A stretch of DNA of 64,000 bases from Histomonas meleagridis 2922-C6/04-290x. Taxonomy: Eukaryota > Protista > Parabasalia. Positions 1 to 11,229 of the stretch are shown here, piece by piece. Position 1 is the first letter of the stretch; the number at the start of each line of letters is the position of its first letter. The notes below the pieces were generated by a model that saw nothing but the letters and a program-made list of their open reading frames with translations, was not told the DNA's origin and did not search any database. Made by a program: the position numbers and the translations under genes. The stretch is from contig JAANOX010000047.1 in the NCBI GenBank assembly GCA_020184695.1, positions 124,001-188,000 on the forward strand, read 5' to 3'.

Positions 1-2
1 AA

Positions 3-584
3 CTAACCACAACACTTATTTTTCTTAGCGTTTGTATTTGATAGTTGAATTGCTTCAGAACGACGCGCTGTGTCAATTTCATTTGATAAATCACTTGCAA
101 CTGCTTGAAACAGTGATAAAACCATTGAATGATCTTTTGCTGTTGTAGCAAAAAATGGACATTTTCTTTCTTCACAAAATTTCTTTGCTTCTTCAATTAA
201 AGGTGATTTTGGATCAAGATCAATTTTATTTGCAACAACATATTTTCTACAAGATTGGCCACATTCTAATTCTAACATTTCAAACCACGTTGGTAAATTA
301 TCAAAACTTTCACGCATATCAATAGAAAAAACAAAAATCGAGGCAGAGCATCCACGGGAATACATTGGAATTATTGATCTGTAGCGTTCCTGTCCAGCTG
401 TATCCCAAATATGGAGGACAAAAGTACCACTTTCAGTCATAAAACTGTGAGAAATATATGATGCACCAATAGTTGGTTCATTTTGTTCTTTGAATTTTTT
501 TTTGAAGAGTTGAAAAACAATACTACTTTTCCCAACAGAAGAATCACCAAGCATAATGACTTTTGAAGATGTGTCTGATTGCAT
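3..584 (-). CDS. Rab-family small GTPase (divergent, Rab5/Rab21-like)
   Basis: GDSSVGKSS P-loop, WDTAGQERY switch II, NKID, C-terminal CCG prenylation motif. Confidence 0.92.
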   Translation of the reverse strand: MQSDTSSKVIMLGDSSVGKSSIVFQLFKKKFKEQNEPTIGASYISHSFMTESGTFVLHIWDTAGQERYRSIIPMYSRGCSASIFVFSIDMRESFDNLPTWFEMLELECGQSCRKYVVANKIDLDPKSPLIEEAKKFCEERKCPFFATTAKDHSMVLSLFQAVASDLSNEIDTARRSEAIQLSNTNAKKNKCCG

Positions 585-1206
585 AACAAGTTATTTTTTT
601 TCTTTTTTCAAAATTGTAAACGATAATGAAACGATACCATTTAAATATCTGAGTTTTGTGAGGGGAAAGTAATTTGTCAGGGCGCCCCGTATATTGAATC
701 TTAAAAAACATTTCATTTTATGTGCTATGGGTTGATTAGTCATAACACAGTAAATCCCCACATAAAGTCAAAGTTATGACATTATTCAAAACAAAAATAA
801 TAAAATAAACTATATCATTTTGGCATTTTACTAAATGTAAAATTATACAAGAATTTTACATTTTGTACCAAAAAACATTTTTACCCTACTCGAGTAGAAT
901 GTTAGAGAATAATTAAAATAAATTTGTACCAGTTTGAAATATTTTTTAAACAAATTACAAATGCTATTTTAAAAAAAATTGAAGAAGGGAGATTTTAGAA
1001 TTAAAATTACCAGAAAAAACGCTAGTTCTCCATTTTTAATTTACAGAATTAAGTTTTATATTACCATTAGATAACAAAAAATTAAACTTCGATATTGTGT
1101 ACTTGAATCGACCAAATAAGTGATCAAAAGTAATGACATAAAGTATATAATTTCTTTCAATTTGAATTAATACAAAAAGTTATAAATTTGAATTGACAAT
1201 TTCTTG

Positions 1207-1842
1207 ATGACAGAAGAAAAGTCGGCAGCAGCACAGGAACACGAAAAGCAAAGATTCCAAATGCAAGACATTAAAAAAAGTCTTGAACCATATACTTCTA
1301 TCTATGAGAATATTCAAGGAATGCTTTTCTGGAGAAGACCAATTCCAATGTTGATCTTCTTAATAATTGTCGAATTAGTTTTCTTATTCACTGGCACAGG
1401 AGAACTTGGTTTTCTTTCTGTCTTATCCATGATAATCACTTTTAGGTATATCATTGAAATAATTTATCATTTGTTTGGTGATTTCATTACAGAAAAATTA
1501 TTCCCACCCATTGATAAAGGTGCTGAAGGAGATCCCAACCGTATCTATCCATTGGAACCATTCTGCGAGATAATTGCAAGTGTTGCATCATTTGGGTATT
1601 CCGCTGTTAATAGGCTTCTTTTTGATTCTACACCTCAAGGAATTTTGTTAGCAATTGCAGTGTTCCTCTTTATGTTTATCTTCTTTTGGGTTTGTGGAAC
1701 ATTCAACACCATTCTTGTGATAACTCATTTACTCATCCTCGCACCTGGAATTCTTTTCCATCCAAAGTTTTATCAGTACACACGTGGTTTCCTTGAAAAT
1801 TTACACAAGTTCATTTGTGGAACCCATAAAAAATCAGAGTAA
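1207..1842 (+). CDS. Multi-pass membrane protein, possibly ARL6IP1/reticulon-like ER-shaping protein
   Basis: ATG at 1207 (ORF track starts at TTG 1204); two long hydrophobic hairpins and an LFWRRP motif; family call is by recognition only. Confidence 0.5.
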   Translation: MTEEKSAAAQEHEKQRFQMQDIKKSLEPYTSIYENIQGMLFWRRPIPMLIFLIIVELVFLFTGTGELGFLSVLSMIITFRYIIEIIYHLFGDFITEKLFPPIDKGAEGDPNRIYPLEPFCEIIASVASFGYSAVNRLLFDSTPQGILLAIAVFLFMFIFFWVCGTFNTILVITHLLILAPGILFHPKFYQYTRGFLENLHKFICGTHKKSE

Positions 1843-2140
1843 ACATTTTGATTTTAAATGTAATTATTAATGTTACGCATTTGCACCTTCTTAAGTCTGA
1901 TTAATTTTTGTTTTTAACATTGATTTCTTGATCATATTTTCATTTTTGATAATTTGTTCAAAAAAGATTTTAACAAATATATAGTAGAAAAGGAATAATT
2001 ATAATTTCTTAAATGTTTTTGCAAATTCATATTTTAACTTGTATTTGAGTAATTGAGATTTCTTGCAAAAAAATCTTTCTTGACTTATAAACTTTTTGTT
2101 AGATTTACAAACAATTGAAAAATTCTGTTGGTTTGTCCGG

Positions 2141-2145
2141 CCTTT
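2141..2145 (+). promoter_or_regulatory. M5-type core promoter element (CCTTT) upstream of ribosomal protein gene
   Basis: ggCCTTTctgtggATG, 7-11 nt before the RPS20 ATG; CCTTT (M5) is the Trichomonas core promoter motif enriched at ribosomal protein genes. Confidence 0.5.
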
Positions 2146-2151
2146 CTGTGG

Positions 2152-2514
2152 ATGAGCATCCCAACAGGTGACGAAAAGAAAGAAGTCGCACAATCCCAAG
2201 CTCAGCAACGTATCCGTCTTACAATCACATCTTCTAAGCTTCCAAACCTCCAAAAAGTTTGCAATAATTTAACTCAAAAACTTAAGGCTGAACATCTTAA
2301 GGTTCGTGGACCAATTCCAATGCCACGTCGCCGCCTTAGGATTACAACACGCAGAGCACCATGCGGTAATGGTACTGAAACATATGATCATCTTGAACTT
2401 CGTATCTACAAGCGTGTTATTGATTTTGTCGGAACACCAGCAGCTGTTAAACAAGTTACACAAATTGGACTTGAACCAGAAGTTCACGTAGAAGTTTCAG
2501 TAGTTACAGAGTAA
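2152..2514 (+). CDS. RPS20: 40S ribosomal protein S20 (uS10)
   Basis: RIRLTITSS...VRGPIPMPRRRLRITTRRAPCGNGTETYDHLELRIYKRVIDF; first ATG at 2152. Confidence 0.97.
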   Translation: MSIPTGDEKKEVAQSQAQQRIRLTITSSKLPNLQKVCNNLTQKLKAEHLKVRGPIPMPRRRLRITTRRAPCGNGTETYDHLELRIYKRVIDFVGTPAAVKQVTQIGLEPEVHVEVSVVTE

Positions 2515-2753
2515 ATAAACTCCAATTACTATTCTTTCTCTTAGCATTTTGTTTGTTATAATTTATTTTGAAATAAGCCAACAAGGTGCGAGCTGAATGG
2601 TTATTTGGGAAGATTTTCACCAAAATAATTATTTTGAATTAAAAAAAAAAATTGCGGTTTACACAAAAAGTGACATCGTTTAAATCAGCATCATGTTTTT
2701 CACATCACATTACCATGGTGGAAAAAATCTGCAGTATTTCGAAAAGATTTTCT

Positions 2754-3665
2754 TTATTGTATTTGTTTTTGTTGTTCTGATAGGATTGGTTGTGGATTTA
2801 TATCCATTTGCGTAAATTTTTCTGATTTTGAAATCGTTATACTTTCGTCATCTGCGTTAAGTATTTTATTTCGTACCTTGAAATAGATGCAGATACCTAA
2901 GAGCATGAATTGCTGAAGTGCAGATAGCAAAACGGGCAACCATGTGGTCCAATGTTCACCCTGTCCAAAAATCATGAAAAGTGCATTGATTGTTCCACCT
3001 GGAGCTTGAATCAGAAGTGTTACAAGTGATAGTGATCCGTTATCTTTGATCTTACATGTGGTGATGAATTGTGGAAGATACTGACAAATGGAAAGAACTG
3101 AAGATGCAGAACCACAGAACTTTCCTAGTGCCAAAACAATATCTGATCCAAAACCTGCTTTGACTGAACATATAATGAAAGCTAAAAAGAATACAACACC
3201 TGATGTTAGAATAATAATTTCAATAATAACAGAAAATGTCCATTCTCTTTTGATATTGTTTTCATTTCTATTTGGGTTTGGTCGTTTATCAAAAAATATC
3301 ATTACAAGAAACACAACAATAAGGTATACATACCATAAGCTAAAACAATTCAAGAATGTGAGAAAACGAGGGACTGTTCTTGCTAAAGAAATTTGAACAA
3401 TTCCATAAAAATCTGCATTATGAAGGCAAATTATATTAATAACTGTTAGAAATTGCCCAAGCGATGTAATCAAAGCGAATATTGGGCTAATTCCATAAGA
3501 AGACTTTGCCCTTATGATTCGAAAGATTTGAGGAATCAGAGATAAAACTGTTCCTACAAAAATACATGCACCAACTGCAATCCATATTGGTTTGACTTCA
3601 TGATAACAATTTATATAATCAAGAAAACCACTCCAAGAATATTCGTAACCTATTTGATCATCCAT
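2754..3665 (-). CDS. PQ-loop repeat membrane transporter
   Basis: Two PQ motifs (LIPQI, YLPQF), about 7 hydrophobic segments. Confidence 0.85.
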   Translation of the reverse strand: MDDQIGYEYSWSGFLDYINCYHEVKPIWIAVGACIFVGTVLSLIPQIFRIIRAKSSYGISPIFALITSLGQFLTVINIICLHNADFYGIVQISLARTVPRFLTFLNCFSLWYVYLIVVFLVMIFFDKRPNPNRNENNIKREWTFSVIIEIIILTSGVVFFLAFIICSVKAGFGSDIVLALGKFCGSASSVLSICQYLPQFITTCKIKDNGSLSLVTLLIQAPGGTINALFMIFGQGEHWTTWLPVLLSALQQFMLLGICIYFKVRNKILNADDESITISKSEKFTQMDINPQPILSEQQKQIQ

Positions 3666-3889
3666 TCAGCTTTTTTTCTTGGAAAAAAGAACCCAAAAAT
3701 AAACATTTCAAAAAGTCATTTTTTCAGTTTACGGTCCTGTGAAGTGACCACTAGCAAAACGCTTTTTAAAGATAAACATGTTTAAACATGATAAATCTAA
3801 TCATTAAAAATATTGCTTCGAAATATTTTGAAAGAATTCTTATTAAAAATTTTGTGTTACATTAAATTTATTAAAAACTTTTCCAAGTT

Positions 3890-4351
3890 TTATAGCTGAC
3901 ATGCCTTTTCTCCTTCGTTTTCTTCAATAAGTTGATGTTGGTTAACAAGACTCTCGATAGCGTTTCTTGCATTATTTTCAAAGATTTCACCACCAAGGAT
4001 AATTTCATCAAGCAGCATATATATGTAATAAAAACTAAATATTATATCTATTTCACATGCATCTCCAAAGAACATATCAAGTGCTTCAACAAAGAAATGA
4101 ATAATATCAAGAATAAATATTTCATTATCAGTTGAATCAACTGCGAAAAGGAAGAACAGTGAAGCATAGCGAGTATAAACAAGCTTGCTTTCCTTCCATT
4201 CTATAAATTGGCAATCTTGACTCTGACGACGAAGAACAAGACGCATTACTTCACGTGCTATTGACTGCCTCTCTTTTTGTGGTACTTGGTTATACCATTT
4301 TGCAATTCTTATCTTTCCCATTTTGTTGAACATAAGGACGAACTGGATCAT
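3890..4351 (-). CDS. Clathrin adaptor (AP) complex sigma subunit, AP-1-like
   Basis: MIQFVLMFNKMGKIRIAKWY, VYTRYASLFF, IIHFFVEALDMFFGDACEIDIIF, LDEIILGGEI. Confidence 0.92.
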   Translation of the reverse strand: MIQFVLMFNKMGKIRIAKWYNQVPQKERQSIAREVMRLVLRRQSQDCQFIEWKESKLVYTRYASLFFLFAVDSTDNEIFILDIIHFFVEALDMFFGDACEIDIIFSFYYIYMLLDEIILGGEIFENNARNAIESLVNQHQLIEENEGEKACQL

Positions 4352-4439
4352 TTTTTATATTTCACTTAACATGTCAGAAAGCACGTTGTAATTCAGCTGA
4401 TCATATATATGAGCTTATGTTATGAAAATGATAATGGAA

Positions 4440-4700
4440 TTCTTTATTGTAAAAACATGGCTACAATTATTTGTTGTCATGCTAAGAATCCAAGTACAAT
4501 ATTTAATGTTCCTAATTCAATTACTAGAATTGAAAATTATTCTATAATTTACTAATATTCTATACGTGAAACAGTTAGTGTTGGCGATAATGTTGTAACG
4601 ATTGACAAATATGCATTTTATATCTGCACATCATTAAAGCGCATTGAAATTCCAAATTCATTTACAGCAATTGAAGAATTTACATTTAATTTGTTTCCGA
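4440..4700 (+). pseudogene. BspA/TpLRR leucine-rich repeat remnant
   Basis: Manual translation: VPNSITRIENY, VGDNVVTIDKYAFYICTSLKRIEIPNSFTAIEEFTF; interrupted by stops/frameshifts. Confidence 0.65.
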
Positions 4701-5317
4701 ATTAGAAAAAGTGAATTTAGGATAGCTATCAATTGAATTTTGTTCAAAAATGCCTTTATTTTGAATGGCCGAGATCCCGAATATCATCTATTCACTGAAA
4801 CAATTGTTTAGCTCTATTGATCTTATTGAATTATATGAAAAAAGTTAGAAAACATGATGATGATGAAACATATGAGCAAGAATATACATCAGTAAAATAT
4901 ACTTTAAATGTTTCTGATGTTTTCTATAAAGATACACATCTTGATTTTAGTATTCTTACTTATGCAAATGAAGAATGAAAAAATCTTATTTTGTTTGGAT
5001 AAGAGGCTCTAATCTTACTTCATTTAAAGATGTACAAATACGATTCGATTCGAAATAAACCATGTGAGAATGCAATTTCTGGATATGATATTCATGGAGG
5101 AATTTTTAACGCAGCTAAAACGATTGTTGAAAAAATAGAACTCGAGATTAAAATTGATGAATGTAAAGAATTAATATTTTTTAAAAAATATGGAGGTGCA
5201 GAAATATTACATTTTGAAGAAAATAAAGAAAATGTCAAAGCATTTACATTTAGAACACCTCCATGTATAGAATTCCAATTAAACAAAAAGATGTGAGATT
5301 TCAAGAGCTCGACGGAT

Positions 5318-5355
5318 CGATACCACTTTTTTGATGTACTCAAAAAGTGGTATCG
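5318..5355. repeat. Short inverted repeat/hairpin
   Basis: CGATACCACTTTTTTGA-tgtac-TCAAAAAGTGGTATCG, 16-bp stem with one bulge. Confidence 0.8.
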
Positions 5356-5799
5356 GCGATTATTTCGGTGCCTGTGGTAAATACAATTCAAAAAGTTCGT
5401 ATGTTTTTTCTATCAACCGATAGAATGTATTGTATGAGTTCTCTCAAAAAGTGGAGAAAGTGAAGCCAGGACGCTTTTTCTGGATTTTTGGGAATGAGTT
5501 CACAAAGACGACTTTTTCAGTGTATTTTTTATATCATTTTAACTGCAACGTGAAGTGCATGCACTCAAAAGTATCGATTTTTTGTTTAAATATTTCGAAC
5601 GAGTATTGTTTTCAATGCTCTCAGTTGGCATTTATAATTTTGACAACTGGTTTTTTGCGCAAAAAGAAAGTGAAATTACTTTTATTAGAGGAAGGAAATG
5701 CGATTTATTTAATGCTGTTCAAAAACAACTTAATTAAAATTTATTTTTATTATATTTAAAAAAAATCAAAACAATCAAAACAATTCAATTAATCCCTTT

Positions 5800-6699
5800 T
5801 TAATTAGTTTCTGGAGGACCCATTATTTGAACAAATGAAAATCCTTCAGTTTGATTAAAGAGCGGACATGGGATATATAATTCTTCGAAGAATCGCTCTA
5901 ATCCCCAAACAAAATATCCATCTTGGCGATGATCTGTAGTGTCATATGTATCTGCAACAATAATAACATCATCTGCTGTGGTTTCTGTTCCCATAGTATC
6001 AAGGCCAATAGGAATAACATAATGTGAACCCCAATCAACTGTCAAAAAGATAATCGGCTGCTTATTGTTAATAGAATCTTTAATCCATTCTTCAAACGCA
6101 TTATAATCATATTTCTCAACCATGTCTGTAAAGTTGGGAAGTGTTGTCTTGTTGCGACATGAATATCCTAATTGACGAATGCCATACTCTAAATCTTCCG
6201 GCGGTGTGCCAAGTTGTCCTGGGCCATACTTACTAACGCGGATATCTGTGCCAACATCAAATAAATCAGCTAACATCGTTTCATTATATGATGGTAACCC
6301 ATAAAGATTTGCAACCATGTTGAAAACTGTTATCATATCTGTGTACTCTGATGTTTGTGAATACGTCTTAAAGTGACTAAAAATTGTAAGGTTGTCGTTG
6401 GACTCCATATTGTAATAGTCTAACATAGTGTAATACTTTGAATCTAAATGATCTCGACCAGTAAATAAGAAAGTGGCTGGTGTGGAATAGTTTCCTTCAC
6501 CATAATATGGAATTGGTATGTCTAACAATTGTTCTCGTGTGACTTCTGTTCGTGTTGGATATTGTTGTTCATAAACTGTTGTCGTTTCTTTAAGACCAAT
6601 GCCAACGCCAAGGCCAATATCAACGCAAAGCAACAAAACATTGAAGATGATGGATATGAGCTTAACCATGTCCATCTTCATCCCGTAATCCGAACTCAT
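5800..6699 (-). CDS. Membrane-anchored C39/papain-like peptidase homologue lacking catalytic Cys
   Basis: N-terminal TM; paralogous to 6944-7810; QQTSGYTCG is replaced by SQTSEYTDM while WGSHY and ADTYD remain. Confidence 0.75.
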   Translation of the reverse strand: MSSDYGMKMDMVKLISIIFNVLLLCVDIGLGVGIGLKETTTVYEQQYPTRTEVTREQLLDIPIPYYGEGNYSTPATFLFTGRDHLDSKYYTMLDYYNMESNDNLTIFSHFKTYSQTSEYTDMITVFNMVANLYGLPSYNETMLADLFDVGTDIRVSKYGPGQLGTPPEDLEYGIRQLGYSCRNKTTLPNFTDMVEKYDYNAFEEWIKDSINNKQPIIFLTVDWGSHYVIPIGLDTMGTETTADDVIIVADTYDTTDHRQDGYFVWGLERFFEELYIPCPLFNQTEGFSFVQIMGPPETN

Positions 6700-6943
6700 C
6701 TGAATGAAATGTTACAAATTCACTTCACAATAAAACAACAATCTCAAATTTATGTGACATCACCCTTTTGATCAATTGTGTAAAACACACTCAAAAATAG
6801 GTCAGATGGTTTCAAACGTCCATTGAAATTGTGATTATCGGGTTGGATTCTTACAAAAGCGACTTTTTGACTGTGCGGTTGATGTGAAGCGTTGCGTTCA
6901 ATATTTTCAATAATAAATTTTAACATTAATTTTTCTGCTTGTT

Positions 6944-7810
6944 ATGGGAGACATCGGGAAAATAGTTTCGTTCATTATTAATATAATTCTATTGGTTGTA
7001 TTCGTGGTATTATTAGTTTGCTATTTCGTAATTAAAAAAGAAGAAGTAATCACTCATGCAAAACCTGTCTCTTTCGAACAAATTATACCTATAAAAGAAA
7101 GATATTATGAAGATATGTTATCAGGTGCTGCTGCTTACCAATTCCAAGGCGATCATTTAGACTCTCCATACTTCACTATGAACGACTACTACAACATGAA
7201 GTCAAGCGGATCATTAAGAATACTCAGTAACTTTAGGACGTACCAACAAACATCGGGTTACACGTGCGGTTGCTGCTGCCTCATAATGGCAATGGACTAT
7301 GTTGCACATGACACTTCAATGTCTGAAAAAGAATGCGCTTATTTATCCGACACAGGCACTGATATCCATGATAATCCCATTGGCGGTGGCGCTTACCTCA
7401 CCAACTTAACACACGTGCTTGACGAAAAAGGCTACGAATATGTCGCAAATGAAATCGGACTTGAAGACGCTCCATTTGAAGATTATGTTACATTTAAAGA
7501 TTGGGTTATAGACTCAATTAACAACGGATGGCCTATTATAGTTTGTTCGAACGATTGGGCAGGTCACTACACAATTATCATTGGCATTGACACAATGGGA
7601 ACTGACGGCGATGATGAAACTTATGATGATGTCATAATTATGGCTGATCCTTTCGATACTACTGACCACCGACAAGATGGCTATAATGTTTGGGGACTTG
7701 AAAGATTCTTCGACTTCTGGGGCGTAACAATAACATTATTCCCAGAATCACTTCGCCCTTATTCTATGTATAGATTTATTCAAGTTAAAGGAAAACGCCA
7801 AACAAATTAA
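6944..7810 (+). CDS. Membrane-anchored C39-like (papain-fold) cysteine peptidase
   Basis: N-terminal TM; QQTSGYTCG (Q, catalytic C), WAGHY (H), ADPFD (D). Confidence 0.8.
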   Translation: MGDIGKIVSFIINIILLVVFVVLLVCYFVIKKEEVITHAKPVSFEQIIPIKERYYEDMLSGAAAYQFQGDHLDSPYFTMNDYYNMKSSGSLRILSNFRTYQQTSGYTCGCCCLIMAMDYVAHDTSMSEKECAYLSDTGTDIHDNPIGGGAYLTNLTHVLDEKGYEYVANEIGLEDAPFEDYVTFKDWVIDSINNGWPIIVCSNDWAGHYTIIIGIDTMGTDGDDETYDDVIIMADPFDTTDHRQDGYNVWGLERFFDFWGVTITLFPESLRPYSMYRFIQVKGKRQTN

Positions 7811-8508
7811 ATTCGAGTAAAAATTGAAAGAATAATTTTTTTGAAAGAATAAAATGTTGTGCTTTCTTTGGTTGTAAGAGAATAACGTTGTATATGATTT
7901 AATAGCATAAGATAATGCATTTTATCAAACATGTTTTGATTACATTTTTTGTTATTTCATTAGGATACAAGATGAAGGTATCATTTGGTTACCGATTTTT
8001 GATCAGTAAGATTCTGCATTGATGCAATTTGGTTTGCCACTCAACAAAAAAAATGACCAAAAATTTGAATGCAAAAAATTCAAAGGCTGTTACGTACAAA
8101 ACGCGATGGATTCAGTAGTTGTCAAATTTATAAATGCCAATTGGTGTGTGGTATTTATGAAAAAAAAACGATATGCAACTTTTGAGGGAAATACAATGGT
8201 TTATGCATGTCTTTTTTTTGAAAAAAAAAAAACATTTTTTTTTTTTGTAATATTCAATCAAAAATCATCATTATAGTGTATTATTGTTTTCAAGCAGTAG
8301 CATAATCCTAATTCAAGAGGTTTGATATAAGCATGATTTAGTTCTACGGAATATTAAAATCAAATTCCTTGAAATAAGTCAAAATCAATTTGACATAATG
8401 TGTAGTTATCCTATAAAATTAATTTTTATATCTTTAAAGTACCAAAATGTGAAAAAATTCGAAAAATTTCTAATGGAATAAAAACATTTATTTAAAGGTT
8501 TATTTATT

Positions 8509-9951
8509 TCAATTCTTTTTCTTTTTCCCTGCTGCTGGCTTTGGACCGAATCCCTTTGAAGGGTTTTCATAGAACTTACAAATCTTTTTCTCTTCCAGTA
8601 ATCTCTTTTTAATCTGCGGGTCAACTTCCAAACTTATTTCGTATGTGTTTTTGGCCTCTAAAATTGCTTTTGCCTTTTCGTTGTTGTTCGGCAAAGCTTT
8701 CTTCTCGTTGAAGTACCAAGTCCGGATGACGTCCCAAATGGCCTCTGGAGGCGCGTTTGTCTTTAACATTCCGCGTTTGCAATGTGTCAAACTACATTCG
8801 AAACCAATTCTGGAAAGCGCAGACACAACCACTGCTCTTGAAGGGCAAGAAGCTCTAACCAGGCTGCACATATTGTCTATGGAGTAATATAACGGAGATT
8901 CGATTTCATTGATACATGTATGAAGTGTCGCTTCGATGTTTGGAGCAAACTGTTGGATGTATCGCATCGTTGGGAGTAGTTCGAGTAGTCGTTGGCAAAA
9001 TTCTTTGTCATGTAATGGACCAGTATATATTGGTCCTGCAATTTGAAGTTTTCCCTTGGTATATGGATCGGTTAGGGATGGTATATCAAGTGTGGCGTGC
9101 TTAATTGACCTTGATTTCCCATCTTTTGCAACATGAAGAATACCCATTGGTTGGAACCAAAAAGAGGCTGAGTCAGGAGAGTAAAAACAAAGGGACGTGT
9201 TACAAGCAGTCACCTTGGAATCACCTTTTTTATCCCATATACGAACGAAAACTCGGAAATAAAAATTCTTCGAAAGAGAAATTAACGGTTCCACACTGCG
9301 GTTGTATCGTGCGGCGGTTGTGATGATTGTGGTGAGGAGAGTTCTGATGCCGAATTCATGGGTAAAGTCGGCGTTTAATGCAATGACGTTGTACCACGCA
9401 TAAGCAGTGTCAATTTGTGTGCCACACAAACTACGACCATCAGTACTTGTGACACATAATAACCCTCCATTGGTAACAGATTGAATAGCACCATCAAGAA
9501 ATGGAGCTGCTGTACTATATGGATCAAGATCAATTACTTGGAATTCATTTCGTCGTGTTTCAAGAATTAAAGCAGCATCACCAATTGATGACTTGACAAT
9601 GTCTTGAACTTTATTACGGATGATGTTTTGTTTAATAACTTCAACTGCTTTTGGATCTATGTCATTTGCAATAATGGATTTGATACCAGGAACTTCAATT
9701 GCATAACGAATTGATCTAAGACCACTCGCAGAAAATGCTTCAAAAATTGTAATATCTCCTTGATAGATTTCACTAAATGCTTTAATAATTAAGCACGTCA
9801 AGTCACGATTGTAAACTTGAACATTATTATAAAAAACTTCGCTTTTGTTGACTGTATCTGGGAAATAAATTTTAGCTGAGCCTTCTTCTATAACTGGAAC
9901 ATCACTTGAAAATGTTGCTGGTGTTGCTGTTCCTGACTCATTTCCTCCCAT
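8509..9951 (-). CDS. TRM1: tRNA (guanine26-N2)-dimethyltransferase
   Basis: VFYNNVQVYNRDLT, EAFSASGLRSIRYA, IDLDPYS, GGLLCVTSTD, GPIYTGPLHD. Confidence 0.96.
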   Translation of the reverse strand: MGGNESGTATPATFSSDVPVIEEGSAKIYFPDTVNKSEVFYNNVQVYNRDLTCLIIKAFSEIYQGDITIFEAFSASGLRSIRYAIEVPGIKSIIANDIDPKAVEVIKQNIIRNKVQDIVKSSIGDAALILETRRNEFQVIDLDPYSTAAPFLDGAIQSVTNGGLLCVTSTDGRSLCGTQIDTAYAWYNVIALNADFTHEFGIRTLLTTIITTAARYNRSVEPLISLSKNFYFRVFVRIWDKKGDSKVTACNTSLCFYSPDSASFWFQPMGILHVAKDGKSRSIKHATLDIPSLTDPYTKGKLQIAGPIYTGPLHDKEFCQRLLELLPTMRYIQQFAPNIEATLHTCINEIESPLYYSIDNMCSLVRASCPSRAVVVSALSRIGFECSLTHCKRGMLKTNAPPEAIWDVIRTWYFNEKKALPNNNEKAKAILEAKNTYEISLEVDPQIKKRLLEEKKICKFYENPSKGFGPKPAAGKKKKN

Positions 9952-10089
9952 TATTCTTTGTTGGCCGTTATAAACCGAAAAACCGTGTTAATTAAACGGC
10001 CTCCCATAAGGGCGCCCCATTACGTAAACTATATAAAAGGTTTTATCAAAATAAAGGCTTCCTAAAAAAAGAAAAACAGCGGAAGCAAC

Positions 10090-11019
10090 ATGAATGGCCA
10101 ACACACCATAAATGCTCCGCTGCATTTTTCCATGCCAAAATTAATTACACCGGTTAATTTTGAATCTATCTCAATAAAAATTGAAGATTTAAAAAAGGTG
10201 ATAGTTTCTATAAACAATTCAAGAATAGGAATCAAAGGGAAAAATTTCGAATTTGGTACACGCCGAGAACCAGATTCAAATATATGGAATGAATATTTTG
10301 GATATGCACCATCACCAGAAGTACAATTTTCTTTTATCAAAAATGGATATTTTTACACAAGCCTTGTTTTTCCAAATTTAGTTTTAAATGTTAGCAAAGA
10401 AGGTTTTATAATTACCAAAGGCATCAATATTGGAGGATGTAATGGCCTTCTCAAATATATACATTATGACCAAAAGATTTTGCAAACAGAATTCTTTTAC
10501 AGGAGATATTGTTTATCGACTAGTATCCCACTTGAAAATGGATCCACCACATTTGAAATCTTGAAATCAGGGACTACATATAACATTTTAGCATCCGCAT
10601 ACTTGGGTAAGAATCTCCAATCATCGAAATTTTTCTTCAGTTTGTATTTAAACCATCCGAAGACAAATTTTAAGTTATACCAATCGTTATCATATGGACC
10701 ATTATATTATGAAAACGTTTTATATCAAATCTCATCGAAGTATTACGCAAAGAAACTTAATGTATATAACAGTTTGTTATTGTTTAAAGTAGGTTCTATT
10801 ATTAGACCTAATTTTGTTGTTGGTCTAAAGAATGTTTCGCCGAAAAAAATAATCGACAGAGTTATCTTCACAAGAAAGAACACAGGTGAAACAACTCTAA
10901 GAGTTGGTAACGCGTTAACACCTGGAAACGGATGGAAGCTGAAATGGGAAATTAATAGTGTGATTCTGCCGATTCTCAAATTCGGTGTTTCAATTGATTT
11001 AAAAAAAAACTTGATTTAA
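10090..11019 (+). CDS. Hypothetical protein, candidate Tom40/VDAC-type beta-barrel
   Basis: 309 aa, rich in alternating aromatic/polar segments; C-terminal KFGVSIDL fits the beta-signal polar-x-G-x-x-hydrophobic-x-hydrophobic. Confidence 0.45.
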   Translation: MNGQHTINAPLHFSMPKLITPVNFESISIKIEDLKKVIVSINNSRIGIKGKNFEFGTRREPDSNIWNEYFGYAPSPEVQFSFIKNGYFYTSLVFPNLVLNVSKEGFIITKGINIGGCNGLLKYIHYDQKILQTEFFYRRYCLSTSIPLENGSTTFEILKSGTTYNILASAYLGKNLQSSKFFFSLYLNHPKTNFKLYQSLSYGPLYYENVLYQISSKYYAKKLNVYNSLLLFKVGSIIRPNFVVGLKNVSPKKIIDRVIFTRKNTGETTLRVGNALTPGNGWKLKWEINSVILPILKFGVSIDLKKNLI

Positions 11020-11229
11020 ATATATAAATAAAGATTATATGTAATGTGTTCATTTTTATTTTCAAGAAAATGTTTCATTTTTTCATGTTACTATAATTAT
11101 TATTATCTCTAAAAATAGGTTAAGAAGATCTTACCATCACCTTGAAAGATGTTCTTTTATTGATCATTATAATGTTACATTAATTAATTATGCAGCATTT
11201 TTTTCTTCAGTTAGATGTTTTAAATATTT

